Origin: Takakia lepidozioides
Taxonomy: Eukaryota; Plantae; Bryophyta
Reading direction: 5' to 3'
Length of the DNA stretch: 64,000 nucleotides
NCBI GenBank assembly: GCA_030704615.1
Contig: CM060734.1
Coordinates: 61,690,001-61,754,000, forward strand
Shown here: positions 1 to 14,249 of the stretch, one piece after another
How positions within the stretch are numbered: the stretch's first letter is position 1
How the letters are laid out: each line of letters starts with the position of its first letter
Made by a program: the position numbers and the translations under genes
The notes under the pieces: model-generated
The model's database searches: none
What the model saw: only the letters and a program-made list of their open reading frames with translations
What the model was told of the DNA's origin: nothing

Positions 1-1897
1 TTAGCATCCTTTCAAGTAGAGAGCTGTCTAGTGACTTCTGGAGGTGAATAGTCATGAAGGCACTCTGTCCCGTCTAAATTGGGAGCAGGGTCTACGGTGA
101 TCAGACTACACAAGCGGGGTCTAATGAGCTCAAGGTTCCATTGGTGGGTGGGCGCAAATGCAGGTGGCGGTTTTCAACTTGGGGTCGACAGTAGTTCTTG
201 TGTTCCAAGCACCTGCTTCCAGCTTCCATGATAACAAGAACCTATCTCCAAGTGAAACTTCAGAAGGTTTTCGGTTTGTTGTTGAAAATGGTCAGAGAGT
301 GAAGATGGGGCAAGCAATTGGTCGGTGGTAACAGTGGGAATGCCAAAAACGTCAGCCACGGCGTTGCATTGACAGTCAGTTTTGTTGACAAGTGTGCTGG
401 CTTGTTCCCAAAGAGAATTTATACACCCAGGAACTTGCAAATTGCGAGTTCTTCAGAATGAAATTTTGTAGTCAGAGATTGTCTTTATTCTTGGTTTATT
501 TTTAGCTTCCATATTTCGTGGTAGCTAAAATTGGGGACATGAGTAGATAAGTTTTGTAGATTAGTACTTGCAAACTGAAGTTAATTTTTTTTCCCACACG
601 AGTAAGCAGAGTGAAAGTTGTTGATCTGACTCTAGTGTTGGTAGCTACTGCACTGCTACTGTACCGATTGTTTATGATTAGATTGTAGTCAGTTTAGCCA
701 AAAGTGATTCTTCATTGCTGATGAGTAATATCTTACATTCTTGTGCGAATTACTTGACTGTTTTTTTTTTCGACAATTTTTGGTGCTCTAGTGCAATTTG
801 ATGTTCCAGTTAGTTTTATGATTCCTCCACGCCTGAAATAGCCTCATTGCCTCGCCTCAAATTTTGTATCTCGTAGACTGAGTATAGAGAAAGTGCTGGC
901 TAGGCTAATTATGAGAATTGGGCCGTGGGGCGAGTGTTCTGGAGCAGTGGCTCCAAGAATAAAAGAGTTATACAAGGGCTAGTCTGTGTAGAGGACAGAA
1001 TCAAGTAACTTCATTAACACACTTTGTTGCTGTGGACAATTACCAAATCCAAAATGTTTTTCTTCTTTATTGGACTTATAATAGTAGACTTCAAGAGCAA
1101 GGAAAATTAGCCTTGTGGCAAGTCGTGAAGCATACATCCCAGGAAGGACCATACTGCCTTCACCAAAGGTCCTTTGACCACACTGAACAGACCAGTTGTG
1201 CTTCTGGACCTTGTCCTACATAGAACGGACAAGTGCTAAGCAGGCCCAGTTTAAGGCTGAAAAACTAGGATACCGAATCCGAGACTGCAAGTAACAAAGT
1301 TCGAAGTCCTCCACCTAAAAGAAGACGAGAGAAAAAATCACTAGTATCAACGGAGAAGATCCTCAAAATTAAGGTGGGCCATGATGTTCAGTTCCCTGGA
1401 AGAATCCCGAATTCAATCCAGCAGAAGGTGATTGCAAACATGTCAACGCTTCTGTTGCAAAATACGAGTGTCCTCCCCCTCCTGAGAACTCCAATTCTGC
1501 AAGGATTGTGTGATCTCCACTTGCCCTCTCAGCTCTGTGAAGGTTCAGTTCTTGCATTGCCCAGGTACTTTTTGAGCACCGTCGACCTAGCTTCCTTGGA
1601 ATCCAAAAGAAATGAAAGAAATGTAGAATAGACCTCTCTGATCAGTAATCTCATATACTGAGCCTACTCTCAATCCAACTGAAGCGACATTCTCAGGTGA
1701 TGTGTCTACAATTGTTCCTGAAGAGATATTGAAAAAGGAAGTTCAAGGTGGATGCCAAAACCAACCATGGATTCGAGCTTACTGCAGGAACGTTACCTCA
1801 AAAATCAGCTATGAAGCCATATGCTTTTCCTGCAACGTTTCAAGGTACACGCAAACAGGTATAGCGAATTGAGGCACAAATTTCCTTGCATTTGAGG

Positions 1898-2996
1898 TTA
1901 CTTGAGCATGGGTGAATAGCCTTTAAACCAAGAGTCAAAGCCACCAGGATACGGCTTGGTGACCGTGTTGGCAGCATCTATAAGCAAATTCTGCCCACTA
2001 ATGTAGCATGCCTCCTCACTAGCAAGAAACATTACCGCATTTGCTGTGTCCAAGTCTCGTAAAGGTCTATTCAGCAGAAGAGGATTCTTACTTGACCTCT
2101 CTTTGGCTTGTTCTAGTGAGAAAGGGACACCTAGAGCATTTTCTAGCGCCCTTGCATACAAAGGTGTTGGCGTAGCATCCGGAGAGACCATGTTCACCCT
2201 AATTCCATATCCGCGTAGCTCAGCGGCTGCAGACCTGACCAAGCCCTTCAAAGCAGTCTTGCAAATGCAATAACTGTGAGGGGACATACCTCCTAACACA
2301 CTCGCGGTGCTCCCTGTGCAGATGATGGAACCCCTTTTGGCAGGTTTCATTACCCTGGCAGCATGTTTAAATCCCACGACTGAACCCCTCAAATTCACTG
2401 AAACAGTGGCATCATACTCATCTAAGTTCAGTAGGTCTATGGCTCCCAGAGCCCCGACTACTCCTGCATTACTGAAGTAAATGTCTAACCGACCTTTCCG
2501 CGACAACGTCTCGTCTACTGCAGCAGCAATATCCTTCTCTTGGGTTACATCACAGTATACATAGTCTGCATGCGAACCCAGTTCTTCAGACAGGTTTTTC
2601 CCCCTCTCCTCATTAGTGTCAGCTATGATCACATGAGCTCCATTGGCTACAAAGAGACGAGTCGTTGCCTCACCTATGCCACTTGCTGCACCAGTAATCA
2701 TTACCACCTTCCCTGCAAACCTGCAGCAGTCATCGAAAGTTGACGAAACATCTATCAGCACGAAAAGTTCCTGCCAACTTAATACTGCACATGGACTATG
2801 ATAGAGCTTGTCACCGGCACACTGTAAAGAAGAGACGTCACAGCAAAATTTCCAAGAGTAGAAACACGTACCTGTTTCGACATGCCTGTACAGCGGATGA
2901 GCAAAAGCGTCGCTGAATTGGATGCTTTTCTCGGATGTTGGGGACTTTCGTACACCAGACCTCTGGCACCTCTGTTTTCTTGCGTGAAGCACGCAT
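1898..2996 (-). CDS. Short-chain dehydrogenase/reductase (plant SDR110C / ABA2-tasselseed2-like), 2 coding exons (2996-2872, 2720-1898), with a possible transit-peptide-like N-terminus
   Basis: TGAASGIG NAD-binding motif, NAG motif, catalytic Ser (GSTAS), YCICK (YxxxK), RVNMVSP. The GT-AG intron 2871-2721 joins ...SSAVQACRNR to FAGKVVMITG in frame. Start codon is uncertain; further upstream (probably UTR) exons are likely near 3035 and 3314. Confidence 0.9.
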
Positions 2997-5379
2997 TCCA
3001 CCTAACCCGTAGATTCTGTCACCAGGGAGAGACACCTGCTTAGAAACTGTATGGCTTCAGCCCTGCTTCAGTCATCACTGTCAAATACCGGCAATTGTAC
3101 TTGAATTAAGGGTGCAGAGTCAATACTAGACTTACTCCCATGCACCACCATCATTGATTTTATGTAGTATGAATCTTGAGGTTCTTCCAACCGGTAACCC
3201 ATACTAACCTCTGATTCTCGTCACTTCCGACTTGATCTCGTCCTCTACGATACCTAATAGTCCATCCAGAACTAACGGGGAAGAATAGAAAGATACAGAG
3301 TAAGAGAACTAACCTCAAGGATCGGAACATGGCTGGCAGTGGTGTAGTGAATTGAGCACACTAAAGAATAAGATGAAGAGAGAACTTGGAAGGCAGGTTG
3401 TCACTTAACCCACGTCCAACTACATTCAAGGACTACCACTTCCACCTCCTGCACAGCAATGCCGACAGACCGGTCGATATTAGCGAGCACCCGTATCAAT
3501 CCAGGCTGCAAAAAACTCGTAAAATCGCAGGTTCGCGGATGCAGTAGGCTGGAGCTTGCTCAACTCCTCTGGACAACAAGATGGAGAAGGACTTAGCACG
3601 TCGCGCAGCGATGGTCCCCCGTTTGGCTTCTTTCTCTCCACTGTCTGCCTCTCTTCGACTCGTAAAAAGAAGCGAAAAGGAGGCGTTTGTGATTTACGAA
3701 GCCTCTCTCTCTCCTTTTATACCTCCCTCCTCCCCATCGAGCACGCGTGTTCACTGGGGAAACGTCGAGAAACTTCTCGAGAGAGTCAAACACATGGCAC
3801 ATAGCGTATGGGCTCCAGAGTAACAGAGAAGAGAGAAGAGAGAGAGAGAGCAATACAGCGAAAGCCCAAAAACACAAGTGGGCTTTCCTACCAGATTCCT
3901 CCTCCGCGCCACCTCAAATCGACCAGCCTGCCATGATCCTGCGGGATCTGCCATCCACGGCCCCATCTTCTGACGGCCCCCCCACATCAGCAGCAGACAC
4001 TGTTCACTGTTTACTGTCCTTGCTGACATTCAACGCCATTTTTCGATCACTGCACAAAAGACAATCCGCAATTCACAACTCTGCGATCGGACCATCTGTC
4101 TTGTTCCCACATTTGTTTCGCACGAGTGGGCACCCCGTCAACGTTCAATGCAGCTGCCAGTCAATCCGACTGCATTGCAATCATGATGCCAATGAACATC
4201 ATCGACATCCCTTCTCCTTCTTCTTTATTCCCTTTTCGGCGGCCTCCGACATGTTACCGATCCCCGTACAATTCCTCACTCTTCACTGCGCTTCCGAAAC
4301 CAAAACCGCAACAAATCCATGTGGCCCAGTGAAATCATGGAACATGTGGCAGCCACGGAGGGGACCAGCTGTTGCGAAGATTCGAGCAGCAGACCAGCAA
4401 AGCAGCCAACAAGGCCCCCCTCTGCCACTTGTTTTGCGTTCATACCGACCACCTTTTATGCTCTACATTTCCTTACGGGAAAATTCTTTTTCTCGTTATT
4501 TCGATTTCTGACTCGAGAATGAGTTCGAAAACAGATCCGGTGGATGAACGTTGTGAGGCGTCCGTGTGGAGGTCCACAGCGGCGTGGCAGGGGGGGATGA
4601 CAGCTGTACCAATTAGGGCTGCGCTTTCTTGTTGCTTTGGGGGACGGGCTGTGCGACGCGTCACGGCGATGTGTGGCGCAGTGGGGTGTATTTATGGCGT
4701 GTGCGGCCCGGGTTTGGGGGCAATGGATATGGGACTAAAGTTTTTGAAGGTTCACATTTTGTGCGTTACTTGTGCCATGCATGCGTACAGAGTGGAGTAC
4801 AGAATGGACGAAGAGGTACAGTGGGTTTCATCGGACGAAGACTGGAGGCACGTGGCGGGGGTTTTGGGACGTGGAGGACAAATTGGGGACAGCCAACGTG
4901 CTTATGGAGGACACGTGTGGCCATAGTCGGACTGCCCGATTAGGACGGCGAGACACCCAATTGGGACAGTGTCGGCCCAATTGTGCAGCGAATGCCAGGT
5001 GGCCACTGGCTAGCAGGATTCGAATCACGGTACGTGTAGGAATGTTTGGGATGGATGTGGGAGGAGGGGATGGATGAATTTCGTTGACGAATGGATAGAT
5101 GATGGACGGATGTGAACTGGGTAGGAAAGCCAAGCTGCTTCCAGTCTTGTTCGCTGATCAGTTCTGACATTATAGGAGGTATCTCTCACAACAGCTCTTG
5201 GCAAAGCCTTCAGAAATGTTTGATCTTTTTTACAATTTGCAAGCCTAGTGGTAGACTTGGAAACAAAACATGGTGCTTCTCTTTTGGAGATGTAATTGCC
5301 TCCACTGGTTTCTCCATATATTTTCCCAAACAGACTTCATATTTCTCAACACATTATAGGAGACATCCTAATATAATAT

Positions 5380-6359
5380 CAGGCTAGCTGTGACTGCTCT
5401 CTAGCAAGGGGCTGGCTATTTGTCCTAAAACAAACCTTCACAAGGAGGGGTACCTGAACACATCTTTCTCTAAATATGAATGGATTCTTGAGGCACCAGC
5501 ATGGAAGGCCGAGGGGACCTGCACCTTGGAACTCCGCACTTCCTGAGTGATCACAGTATGTATTTCCAAATGAGCCCCAGAAAAAGAATGTTTTCCAGAT
5601 GAGCCTCGAAAAAACAATGTTGGAAAACAGCTCTACAATCAACGAATCTACAACTTGACTTGTCGATAAAATTAGAGACACTGAAAACAACTCTCTATTT
5701 AGAGAGGCTTTGGCTTAAAGTTCTCTTTTGTTCTTTGAAGGAGGCAGAGAATGCGCTACGCTTCAACACAATCCAATGCCAAAGTCTTCCTCTTCCCATA
5801 TTGGACACATGTATGAATATTGGGCGGGGCACAAACATGGAGTTACATGGAAACCTAGAGTGATTGTTATACCTTTCCTCTCTACGACATACCTTATGTC
5901 TCTTCCAGAATAGGTGCGAGCTTCGGCACATACATTGGGTCCATCAACCTTTACGAACCTATGGAAGGCATGATTCTCAGACTGTTGATAATGATTCAGT
6001 TCACTTTGACTATAGTAAGGACAACGGGGTCCCCAAACTAGTTGTCCTTATGCCAGAAACAACCCCGATAGGCTCATCTATCAAACTACATACACTGGAC
6101 GATTCTTACATTGTTGTTGCAAACAAAGAAGAGGTCTTATCCATCATCTGCGCCTTTGTCTCTAATGGCGAAGGTCATATGAAGTCCGAGTGTCCGACGA
6201 TCAGATTGTTGAAGAAAGACGAGGCCCGGGCAGGGGACTCTGACTCTTCCAAACCTATCTGCAACGAGACTACCGCAGGGGCAGAGACCTTGCATGCTAT
6301 GGCTGTTTCACCTGTCAAGGCACAAAAACAAAGGTTCGAGGAACTACAGCATTGGGAAG
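5380..6359. mobile_element. Degenerate LINE (L1-like) fragments: ORF1 remnant on + (about 5690-6359) and a possible ORF2 3' remnant on - (about 5380-5690)
   Basis: Degenerate CCHC knuckle (ICAFVSNGEGHMKSECP) in ORF 5864-6502, with a basic tail resuming after the solo LTR (DVTKKRRRNGK). WCLKNPFIF resembles the WxxRNxxIF motif of L1 ORF2 C-termini. Many stops. Confidence 0.45.
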
Positions 6360-7083
6360 TGTCGCGGCCCTTTGCCTTGAGGGCAGGGGGTTGGGACACA
6401 AGAGAGGCTGCCCCTGTGGTGGGGGCAGTGGCAACAATAGATATGGGGGCTGAAGCACCCTTGAGTGCCCAAGGCACTCAAGGAGGCGGAGGCGCTCACT
6501 AGGTGGAGCCCCGCACACCGGGTTGCGGTGGGGGTGGTTCCACGAGGGGTGGTGGTAGCTTAGTGGGACTTAGTGGGGGTGGCATAGGACTCACCATGAG
6601 GCGGAGACCTTGTGGTGGGAGTCGTGGGGAGTCTTGGGACTCATCACGGTCCAATGGGGCCGTGGTGGGTGGACCAAGACTCACCGCGACTCATCACCGG
6701 GAATCGAGGGTCTTCGTGGTGGTTCGCCATAAAATGACAGGGTTGTTTGTGAAACCCCCGCGGACAGTCACAGAAGTATATATAGGGAGTAGTAACCCCA
6801 AGAACGGTGCAAGCCCGTTGGTGACCAAAAACTAGTGAGTTAGCGTGCGAGCCGGAAAGCGACCAAAGTGTGGGGAGTTGTTCCGGACTGCCAACAACCA
6901 AAAGGAATTCCCACCAGGCCCAAATTGAGCGAGGGTCTTGTGGGGGAGTAAAGGGGGACCGCTATGTCCCGGTGACCAGCCGAAACTCCGAGTTGGCCCG
7001 GCGGCCAGTTTGGGAGTTAGGCGCGCGCATCAAAGAGAGTAACTATGACGTGAAGGGAGCTTACCGAAGTGAGGTGCGCGACA
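6360..7083 (+). mobile_element. Solo LTR of the chromovirus family found intact at 49425-56393
   Basis: 724 bp, termini TGTCGCG...CGCGACA, clearly colinear with the LTRs at 49425 and 55671. Flanked by a near-perfect 5-bp TSD GGAAG/GGATG. No PBS or internal sequence. Confidence 0.95.
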
Positions 7084-7699
7084 GGATGTGACCAAAAAAA
7101 GAAGACGTAATGGAAAGCTTGTGACTTGGAACCATTATCATCGTCTCTTGGGGCATGTCCCTGTGCGAATTATGGAGGTTTGGGCCTCCTTCCCATTCTG
7201 AGAGCTTGAGCTGCTGGACAACACACATTAAAGCAGACAAAAAATTAGCATTAGCAACCAAGTATGCACGCACTTGGCAAATGCAATTAATACACATACA
7301 AGGGTACTTCCAGTACTTTGGCAACAGTGTATTAAAGCATAACAAGGATAAAAGATCCTTACAACGTCCTTAGGCAAGGACTCACTCTTCTCTACGGCCA
7401 GAGAATGACACACCACACACTTGACTCTACTCTAAAGCTAGACATACTTCTAACAAGTGAAGGGGAAAACACAGCCTCATTTCCCCTTTAGCAACAGCTA
7501 ACCTAAGCGGGAAACTGAGTGTGATGATTAGTTTCTAGAAGTTGGATTCAAATCGCCTATAAAAGCCCAACATTACACACCGTATACCGCAGAGTCTACT
7601 CTTTACACTCCCACTCAGGGTGAAGTGTTGTGATCTTCAGTGCAAGCTTAAGTACGACCCAGCATCCCCTTTAGCCGTTCAAAGCGAGGGTCAGTTCAA

Positions 7700-10600
7700 G
7701 ACCGGACTCCATGAGATCTAGAGGAAGGCCTTTGCGATCCTGAAATTGTCTGTCAATGATCAGATTGTCCCGTTCATCATGAACTGCAATGGTCCAAATG
7801 ACTGCTGGGAGGTCCCTACAAAGATGTTCGAAACCAAGAACAACGCCAAGAGGCTAACTGTGAGGCACCGCTTTTCTAACCTCAAGATGCCCGAAGGCAG
7901 TTCAGTTGCTGATTTCATGAGACACATAACAGAATTGTTGAACGATCTCATGGCTGCAGATGAAGCACCCGACAATGGCATGGTGGTTGAGCAGGTCATC
8001 AACGCACTCCCGGACAGCTACAATGGATTCATCCGAGCCATTTCTTGTGAGAAGGAGCTTCCTTCCTTGGAAGAGCTGACTGGCCGCATGCTCTTGGAAG
8101 AAGCAAGGATGATCAATCGAGCCAAAAAAAAAAGACAGGGAGGATGCCCTCATAGTGCGTTTCCGGAAGCTATTAAAAGAGCACAAACATCATGGCCACT
8201 TCAATGCCAAGCGAGCATTTGAGGATAGCTCAGGGTCATCCAAGAAGGCTGACGTCTGTCACAAATGTGGCAAGACAGGCCACTGGGCCCGTGAAAGTAC
8301 TCACTACAACGGAGCAGGGCCAACTCGTCCCCATGAAGCTCATTTCACAAACTGTGACACGGATGAAATGTAGATCCTAGTGCAGAAGAGAATACTGAGG
8401 AAATTGAGGGCCTAGCTTTAGAGGTCTTTAAGGAAGCACTCACAGCTCTGGCAATAGAGACAGATGACCCATCTTGGATCATCGACTCTGGAGCATCCAA
8501 GCACGTTACGGGCAATCCAGCTCTGCTAGATCAGATCAAACCCTCCACCAAGTCTTACAATGTGACCATAGCTGGGGGAGTGCCTCACAAAGTCCAAGGA
8601 ACTGGCACTGTGAGCCTTCGTGGAAATTCTGGAGAAATAAAGGAGTTTGCTGATGTTCTCTACGTACCGGGTCTCACTAAGAACCTACTATCTGTAGGAG
8701 CTAGTCGATAAGAATCTTGTTGATGTATTTGATAGTAGCAAGTGTCTTCTACTCACCAAAAGCAAAAAACCACAAATTATTACTAGAGGATCTAGAAGAG
8801 GAAAGTCAGGTTTGTATGTACTCGACACTGACACAGGAAAGAAACCTCCAAAACCAAAAATAGAAGTCAATCTAGTTGAAGGAAAGGTTGATGTACATCT
8901 ATGGCATAAAAGATTGGGGCATCTTAACTATCCAAGCCTTCACCACTTGTCCAACCGAAATGTGGCAAAAGGAATTCCCTATCTTCCCCTGCATATGTGA
9001 AGGTTGTCAATTTGGCAAGCACTGCAGAGAGAAATTTCCAAAGAAAAGTGAAAATAGAACAAACAGACCCTTACAACTCATTCACTCTGATATATGTGGC
9101 CCTCTAGCCACAAAATCTCTCAAGGGGTCTAGGTACTTTATTACCTTCACAAATGATTTCTCTAGAAAAACCTAGATTTATTTTATCAGCAAGAAATGTG
9201 AAGCTCTGATGGTCTTCCGGAGATTCAAGGCTCTTACTGAGCAGGAGACTGGGCTCAAGATCGAAGCGCTTCGAACAGATCGGGGAGGAGAGTACTTGTC
9301 CACTGATTTCACAGATTTTTGTAAAGAAGTTGGTATCCATCGGCAACTAACCCAAGCACGCACGTCCCAACAGAACGGTCTACTCCGGCACCCGAGGATG
9401 TAAATCCAACGAGTCAGAAAACTGTAGTAAATACTCTAATTGATCAGGATACTGCAATAAATATTCCAACTGATCAAGAAACTGCGGTGCCATCACCTCA
9501 ACGATATCCGACTTGTGAAAGACATGCACCTGATTGGCACAAAGATTATATAATCTCTAGAATCACAAAGCCTGCAGCTCATGCAATCACCATCACCGCT
9601 TCTGAGGAACCTGTGACTTTTGAGCAAGCATGCAAGAATCCAGCTTGGATCTCTGCTATGATCGAGGAAATGCAGGGGAATTGCGCAGTATTGATCGAAA
9701 CTCTACATGGGATCTGGTAGACCTTCCAAAAAAACGAAGCCCATTAGTGCAAAATGGGTTTACAAGCTGAAACAGGGCTTAGGTGAAGCTCAACCAGTCT
9801 ACAAAGCTCGGTTAGTGGCTCGTGGATTTGAGCAACGTCAAGGAGTGGACTACGAGGAAACATTCGCCCTAGTGGCCAAGTGGAGCACTTTGAGAGCTCT
9901 AGTGGCCCTTGCATCTCAACGGAACTAGCCCATGTATCACATGGATGTTAAAACAACATTTCTCAACGGTCACATAAAGCAGTTGGTCTACATGCTACAG
10001 CCACAAGGTTTCATCGTCCAAGGAAAAGAGAGTAAGGTATGCAGACTCGACAAAGCACTCTATGGACTGAAGCAAGCTCCCTGTGAATGGTACGAAATAA
10101 TAGACGCCTATCTTAAAGCTCAAGGTCTACATAGGAGTAATGCAGACTACAATCTATATTATTGTATAGAAGATGGAAAGATTATGATTATTGTCCTGTA
10201 TGTAGATGACCTTCTCATTACTGGAGATCATGCTAAGAAAATCGAGTGGATACAGGCACAACTAAGCAAAAGGTTTGACATGACAAACTTAGGCCTCATG
10301 AATCCGCATTGAGTTTATCTATTTTGATAGTGGAATCTTTATGACGCAGAGAGTCTATGTATTGCAGCTATTGGAACAGTTTGGCATGTCAAACTGTAAT
10401 CCAGCCTCAACACCTATGCTAGAGCAAGTAAAATTGGTAGCTGACACGGGGGCAGCTCCCGCGCTGACACACTCCTCTATCAGACCATGGTAGGAAATCT
10501 AATTTATCTTACAAACACCAGGCCTGACATTGCTTTTGCGGTAGGAGTGATTAGCCGTTTCATGACAGCCCCCAGGAGGCTCATATGGCTGCAGCCAAGA

Positions 10601-11636
10601 ATGTTCTTAGATACCTCAAGGGTACAGTAGAATTTGGGTTGTTTTACGAAAAAGGGGGATAAACGAAGATAACAAGGTTTACCGACGCTGACTGGGCTAG
10701 AGATTCGGACACTAGAAGATACACAACAGGCTACGTTTTTGACTTGGGCAATGGGCCAATTACATGGGCGAGCAAGAGACAAGCAACTGTTGCATACTAA
10801 TCTACGGAGGCTGAATACCAAGCTCTAACGGAGGGAAGGAAGGAAGCAATTTGGCTGAATAGATTGACCTCTGAACTGCAGATGACAAAGAACATTCCAG
10901 TGAAGCTTTGGTGTGATAACATGAGGAGCATCAAAATGGCAAAGAACCCGGTCTTCCATGGCCGAACAAAGCATATCGAGGTGCAACATCATTTTGTGAG
11001 ATAGAAGGTAAAATCTTCGGAGGTTGACCTTGCTCATGTTCCCGCTGCAGAACAGATCGCAGACATACTAACCAAACCTCTTGGAAAGGCAAAATTTCAG
11101 AAACTTAGGTCACGGTTAGGTGTGTGTTCGCTATCCAGTTTGCAGCATCCGAAGTGAGTGAATATGAGAAAGGAGCAGAGGATTCAATCAAGAGGAGGCA
11201 TCGGTCTTGTCAAACATGTCACTTTGGGAACACGAAGAAGACTCCCTGATCAACTGGCACAGTTTGACAGAGGCATAAGAAGGAACCGAGAATGCTCTTA
11301 CCCTCACCATGGCCAAAGATTTTAAGCTAATGGACTCTCTGACACTGTTATCAGAACATGAGAGTGAGAGGAGGTGTTGGAACTACCCATTCATCATGTT
11401 TTAGCACTTATTATTTAGTGTGGCTTGGGTTCTTAGTGTAGCTTTTCTTATCATGATTAGCAGTGACACTTGTAATTCCTTGCTTTGTGTAGATGTGCTC
11501 ATTATCAGGTAGTGAGACGCCACTTGTTAGCTCAGGGTCAAGGGCAAACCTAGCCCCTTGGGCTCATGGTCCCTCTCAATATTTATAGGAACCTCCTGCT
11601 CTGTTTCTTGACTTGTTTTAGTTTACAAATCCAACA
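7700..11636 (+). mobile_element. Decayed Ty1/Copia LTR retrotransposon, 5' LTR not found
   Basis: Copia domain order: gag (7746), knuckle CHKCGKTGHWARE, protease WIIDSGASKH, LWHKRLGH, integrase IHSDICGP...QQNG followed by an internal deletion, RT (KWVYKLK, KARLVARGF, YVDD), RNase H (DADWA, KHIEVQHHFVR). Numerous stops and frameshifts. Confidence 0.93.
11375..11636 (+). repeat. Copia 3' LTR (262 bp)
   Basis: Begins TGTTGG directly after the purine tract GAGAGTGAGAGGAGG and ends CCAACA (inverted termini). No second copy is available to confirm the end. Confidence 0.7.
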
Positions 11637-11799
11637 ATGTTTTTGTATGGAAATAATTACTTCTTCTCCTCCCCTATCTATGGATTTTAAATAGGTTTCT
11701 ATCCTTCCACCTTCAAATAGACACACAAAATTTCTTTTCTCTCTTACATGGCCTCAAATCGTGGTAAACCCGTGAGCCTTTTTCAAGGTATTTCATGAG

Positions 11800-12450
11800 T
11801 CGCTTCTTAGTTGGAACGTTAGAGGCTTAGGATCATACCACTTCGCTCCAGAGAGAGCAAGAGTCAGAAATTGGACTGCGAACGTCCTTCAATTGTCCAT
11901 CTATTATCTTTATCCAAGAGCACAATAGAGTTCGGCCGGTAGGCGACAATAGCCTCGCTAGGTAGCTCAATCTAGCCTAATGCAAATGTTTTCTGGAATC
12001 CCACTGTTGTGGATTTGAGGGTGGGACCTGATTAGACATAGACTCCTTACTCACTAAGACATTGAACATTGGACTATTGGGCCCGGGATTCCAACATGGT
12101 AGATAAAGATTTTGACCGTTTGGCCACAACTCCCAAGGTATGTCTGTCATAGAAAGAAACTCATGGGGTTCGCTTTGTATGTCGGTCGGATTGTTGGATG
12201 CTGCACCCCCACAACCCGAGAAATTACAATATACATGTCCAACAGTAGGGACCCACCTGACTTATGGCTTGCACGTCTAGATAGATTCTATTGCTATGAT
12301 GCATAGCCCAATTGGTCCAAAAGAGTACCTATTAGTCTGATTCTCCCTAGTTTCAACCACACTACTATCCAAATCTCCTTCCACACCCCAGGTTTGAGGA
12401 TCAGTGATAAAGGTTAATTTAATTTGAATCCCTCTATCCCCACGGATCCA
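11800..12450 (+). mobile_element. LINE ORF2 APE-endonuclease remnant
   Basis: SWNVRGLGS at about 11809, ARLDRFY at about 12270, and a degenerate SDH-like motif (FNH) at about 12352. Heavily disrupted. Confidence 0.65.
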
Positions 12451-12881
12451 GCACTGATCTAAACAGTTTCGTGGTGTTCTTAACAGGACAAACCAACTTA
12501 ATAATTGACGTGGTAATAAGCATTTTCCTCAATGGTGAAGCACAAAGGAAAGGTCAATGGGCGTCTACGTTGGTAAATATGGTTTTGTTAAGATATATTC
12601 CCCTGGAGTAAAATAAAATAAAAATTCTTTATCCCAAACAGCTACAAAGTTTGACTAAAAATTTAAGCTGAAGTCCAAAGTAAAGTGCTATAATTGCAAG
12701 ACATATGATCATGTTATAAAGATTGTAGAATACGCATTGCAGAGGAGCGTAAAGGTGAGAGTCAATTAACACGAAGATATGAAGCTACTCATCAGAAATA
12801 TCATGTCTTATTTGGCTCTCATTTTTAGATTAATAGTGTTTTCAATACACAAGCTTGAGACCCGTGGGGCCTTGCCAGGTA

Positions 12882-13153
12882 CGTTAAAAGCAGGTGTGGC
12901 GGATTTTGACACTTTTTCGGCCTAATTCTCAGGCCGAGTCGGCCACCCAGGGCAGAATCGGCAGGGATGGCCAATTACGCACAGAGGACGGCAGACCTAC
13001 CACCGAGGCCCATGTCATCAGCCATCAACCCACCCTCCTTCCCCTCAGGCTCGCCCCCTTTATATCCTCTCTGGGCTCTGAATCTGGGCAATCGATATGG
13101 TCAATCATATTGCACCGCGCAGAGGCGAGAATCTGCCACACCTGCTTTTAACG
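12882..13153. repeat. 24-bp inverted repeat pair enclosing a GC-rich 272-bp segment (MITE or DNA-transposon-end-like)
   Basis: CGTTAAAAGCAGGTGTGGCGGATT (12882-12905) versus AATCTGCCACACCTGCTTTTAACG (13130-13153), 1 mismatch. GGCAGAATCGGC-like motifs recur in both orientations nearby. Confidence 0.6.
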
Positions 13154-14249
13154 CCTGTGAACGGGCCGCGTTGGCCGACTCTGCCCTGTGCGCGGCCAAA
13201 GGGCTCGCCCAAATGCCGCTTACAAGGCAGAATCGGCCAAACACGGCCCGTTCTCTAGTACGGAGAACGGAGAAAGGGTCACCCCACGGACGCCCGGGTC
13301 TAGGGCCAAGAGTCTACTGCCAACCTTGTCCCGCGGCAGACTCGTCTGCTGCCTTGTGATCGCAGTAGACCCACCTTACCTACCTTAGCTCTAGGACTTC
13401 GATTTTTTTTCAATTTTTTCCACCTTATCCTTTCGGCAGACCCACTTTCGCCGCGGAGGCTTATAATGTGTTTTTGGGAGTTTTCCAACTTCGAAAGGTT
13501 CTATTTGGCTTCAATACAACTACATTCTTTCCCAAGAGTTGACCGAGATCATTGACCACCATTCAATACACTTTACCACCAAACTACCTACTTGCTAACG
13601 AAACCTCCAAACGTTATTGATTTTATCCTATATTTTTGACCGGGGATCGCCTAGGAGACACCTTAGGATAGGTGGCATGCCCCGATTTGTAAATGTATTC
13701 CAAAATTGCAAGGAAAAAATGGTTTAGCTACAAAATTCAAGTATCAAGCTGAATTTTCCCAGACACAGGCCCTCTATAAACTGATTATATGGCACCTAAA
13801 GGACTGCCTCCCCCAAAAATCAGACCAAAATTCCAAAAATTGAGACAGGCTGCTTTGTATGTGAAAGGGGGGGGGGATTTGTCATGTTCTGGCTTCTTTG
13901 CCAAGCACCCATGAGGTGATATTTGGTTTCTAATTCCTCTGGTAAGTTAGTGCTCAGTAACGTTACATAATGCCTTGTTCAATTTTTTTGGCATTATGGT
14001 AAATTTTCAGCCCTAAATGTTATTTACAATATTGCCCACTTGGCCTGCCACGAGTGCTGGACATTGGGGGCCGTGACACTTTGGAAAATTCCAGGGAGCA
14101 GAGCTTTTATTATTTTAGGGCGCGATAAATTCCCGCATGTGCTCACAATTTATCCAAGGTTCACTTCCATCCACTGTCATGTAAGTAAACTATGTTTGAG
14201 GATGTCCTCTTTGCTTGTGGTTACCATCGGTTGCCTATATGAGCTTAGG

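Noticed and set aside
1-1800. Short ORFs as a host gene
   Set aside because: No coherent exon chain or domain could be recognised.
3556-5170. Several overlapping ORFs (up to 254 aa)
   Set aside because: No recognisable motifs. GA/TC repeats and high GC suggest the SDR 5' UTR and promoter region.
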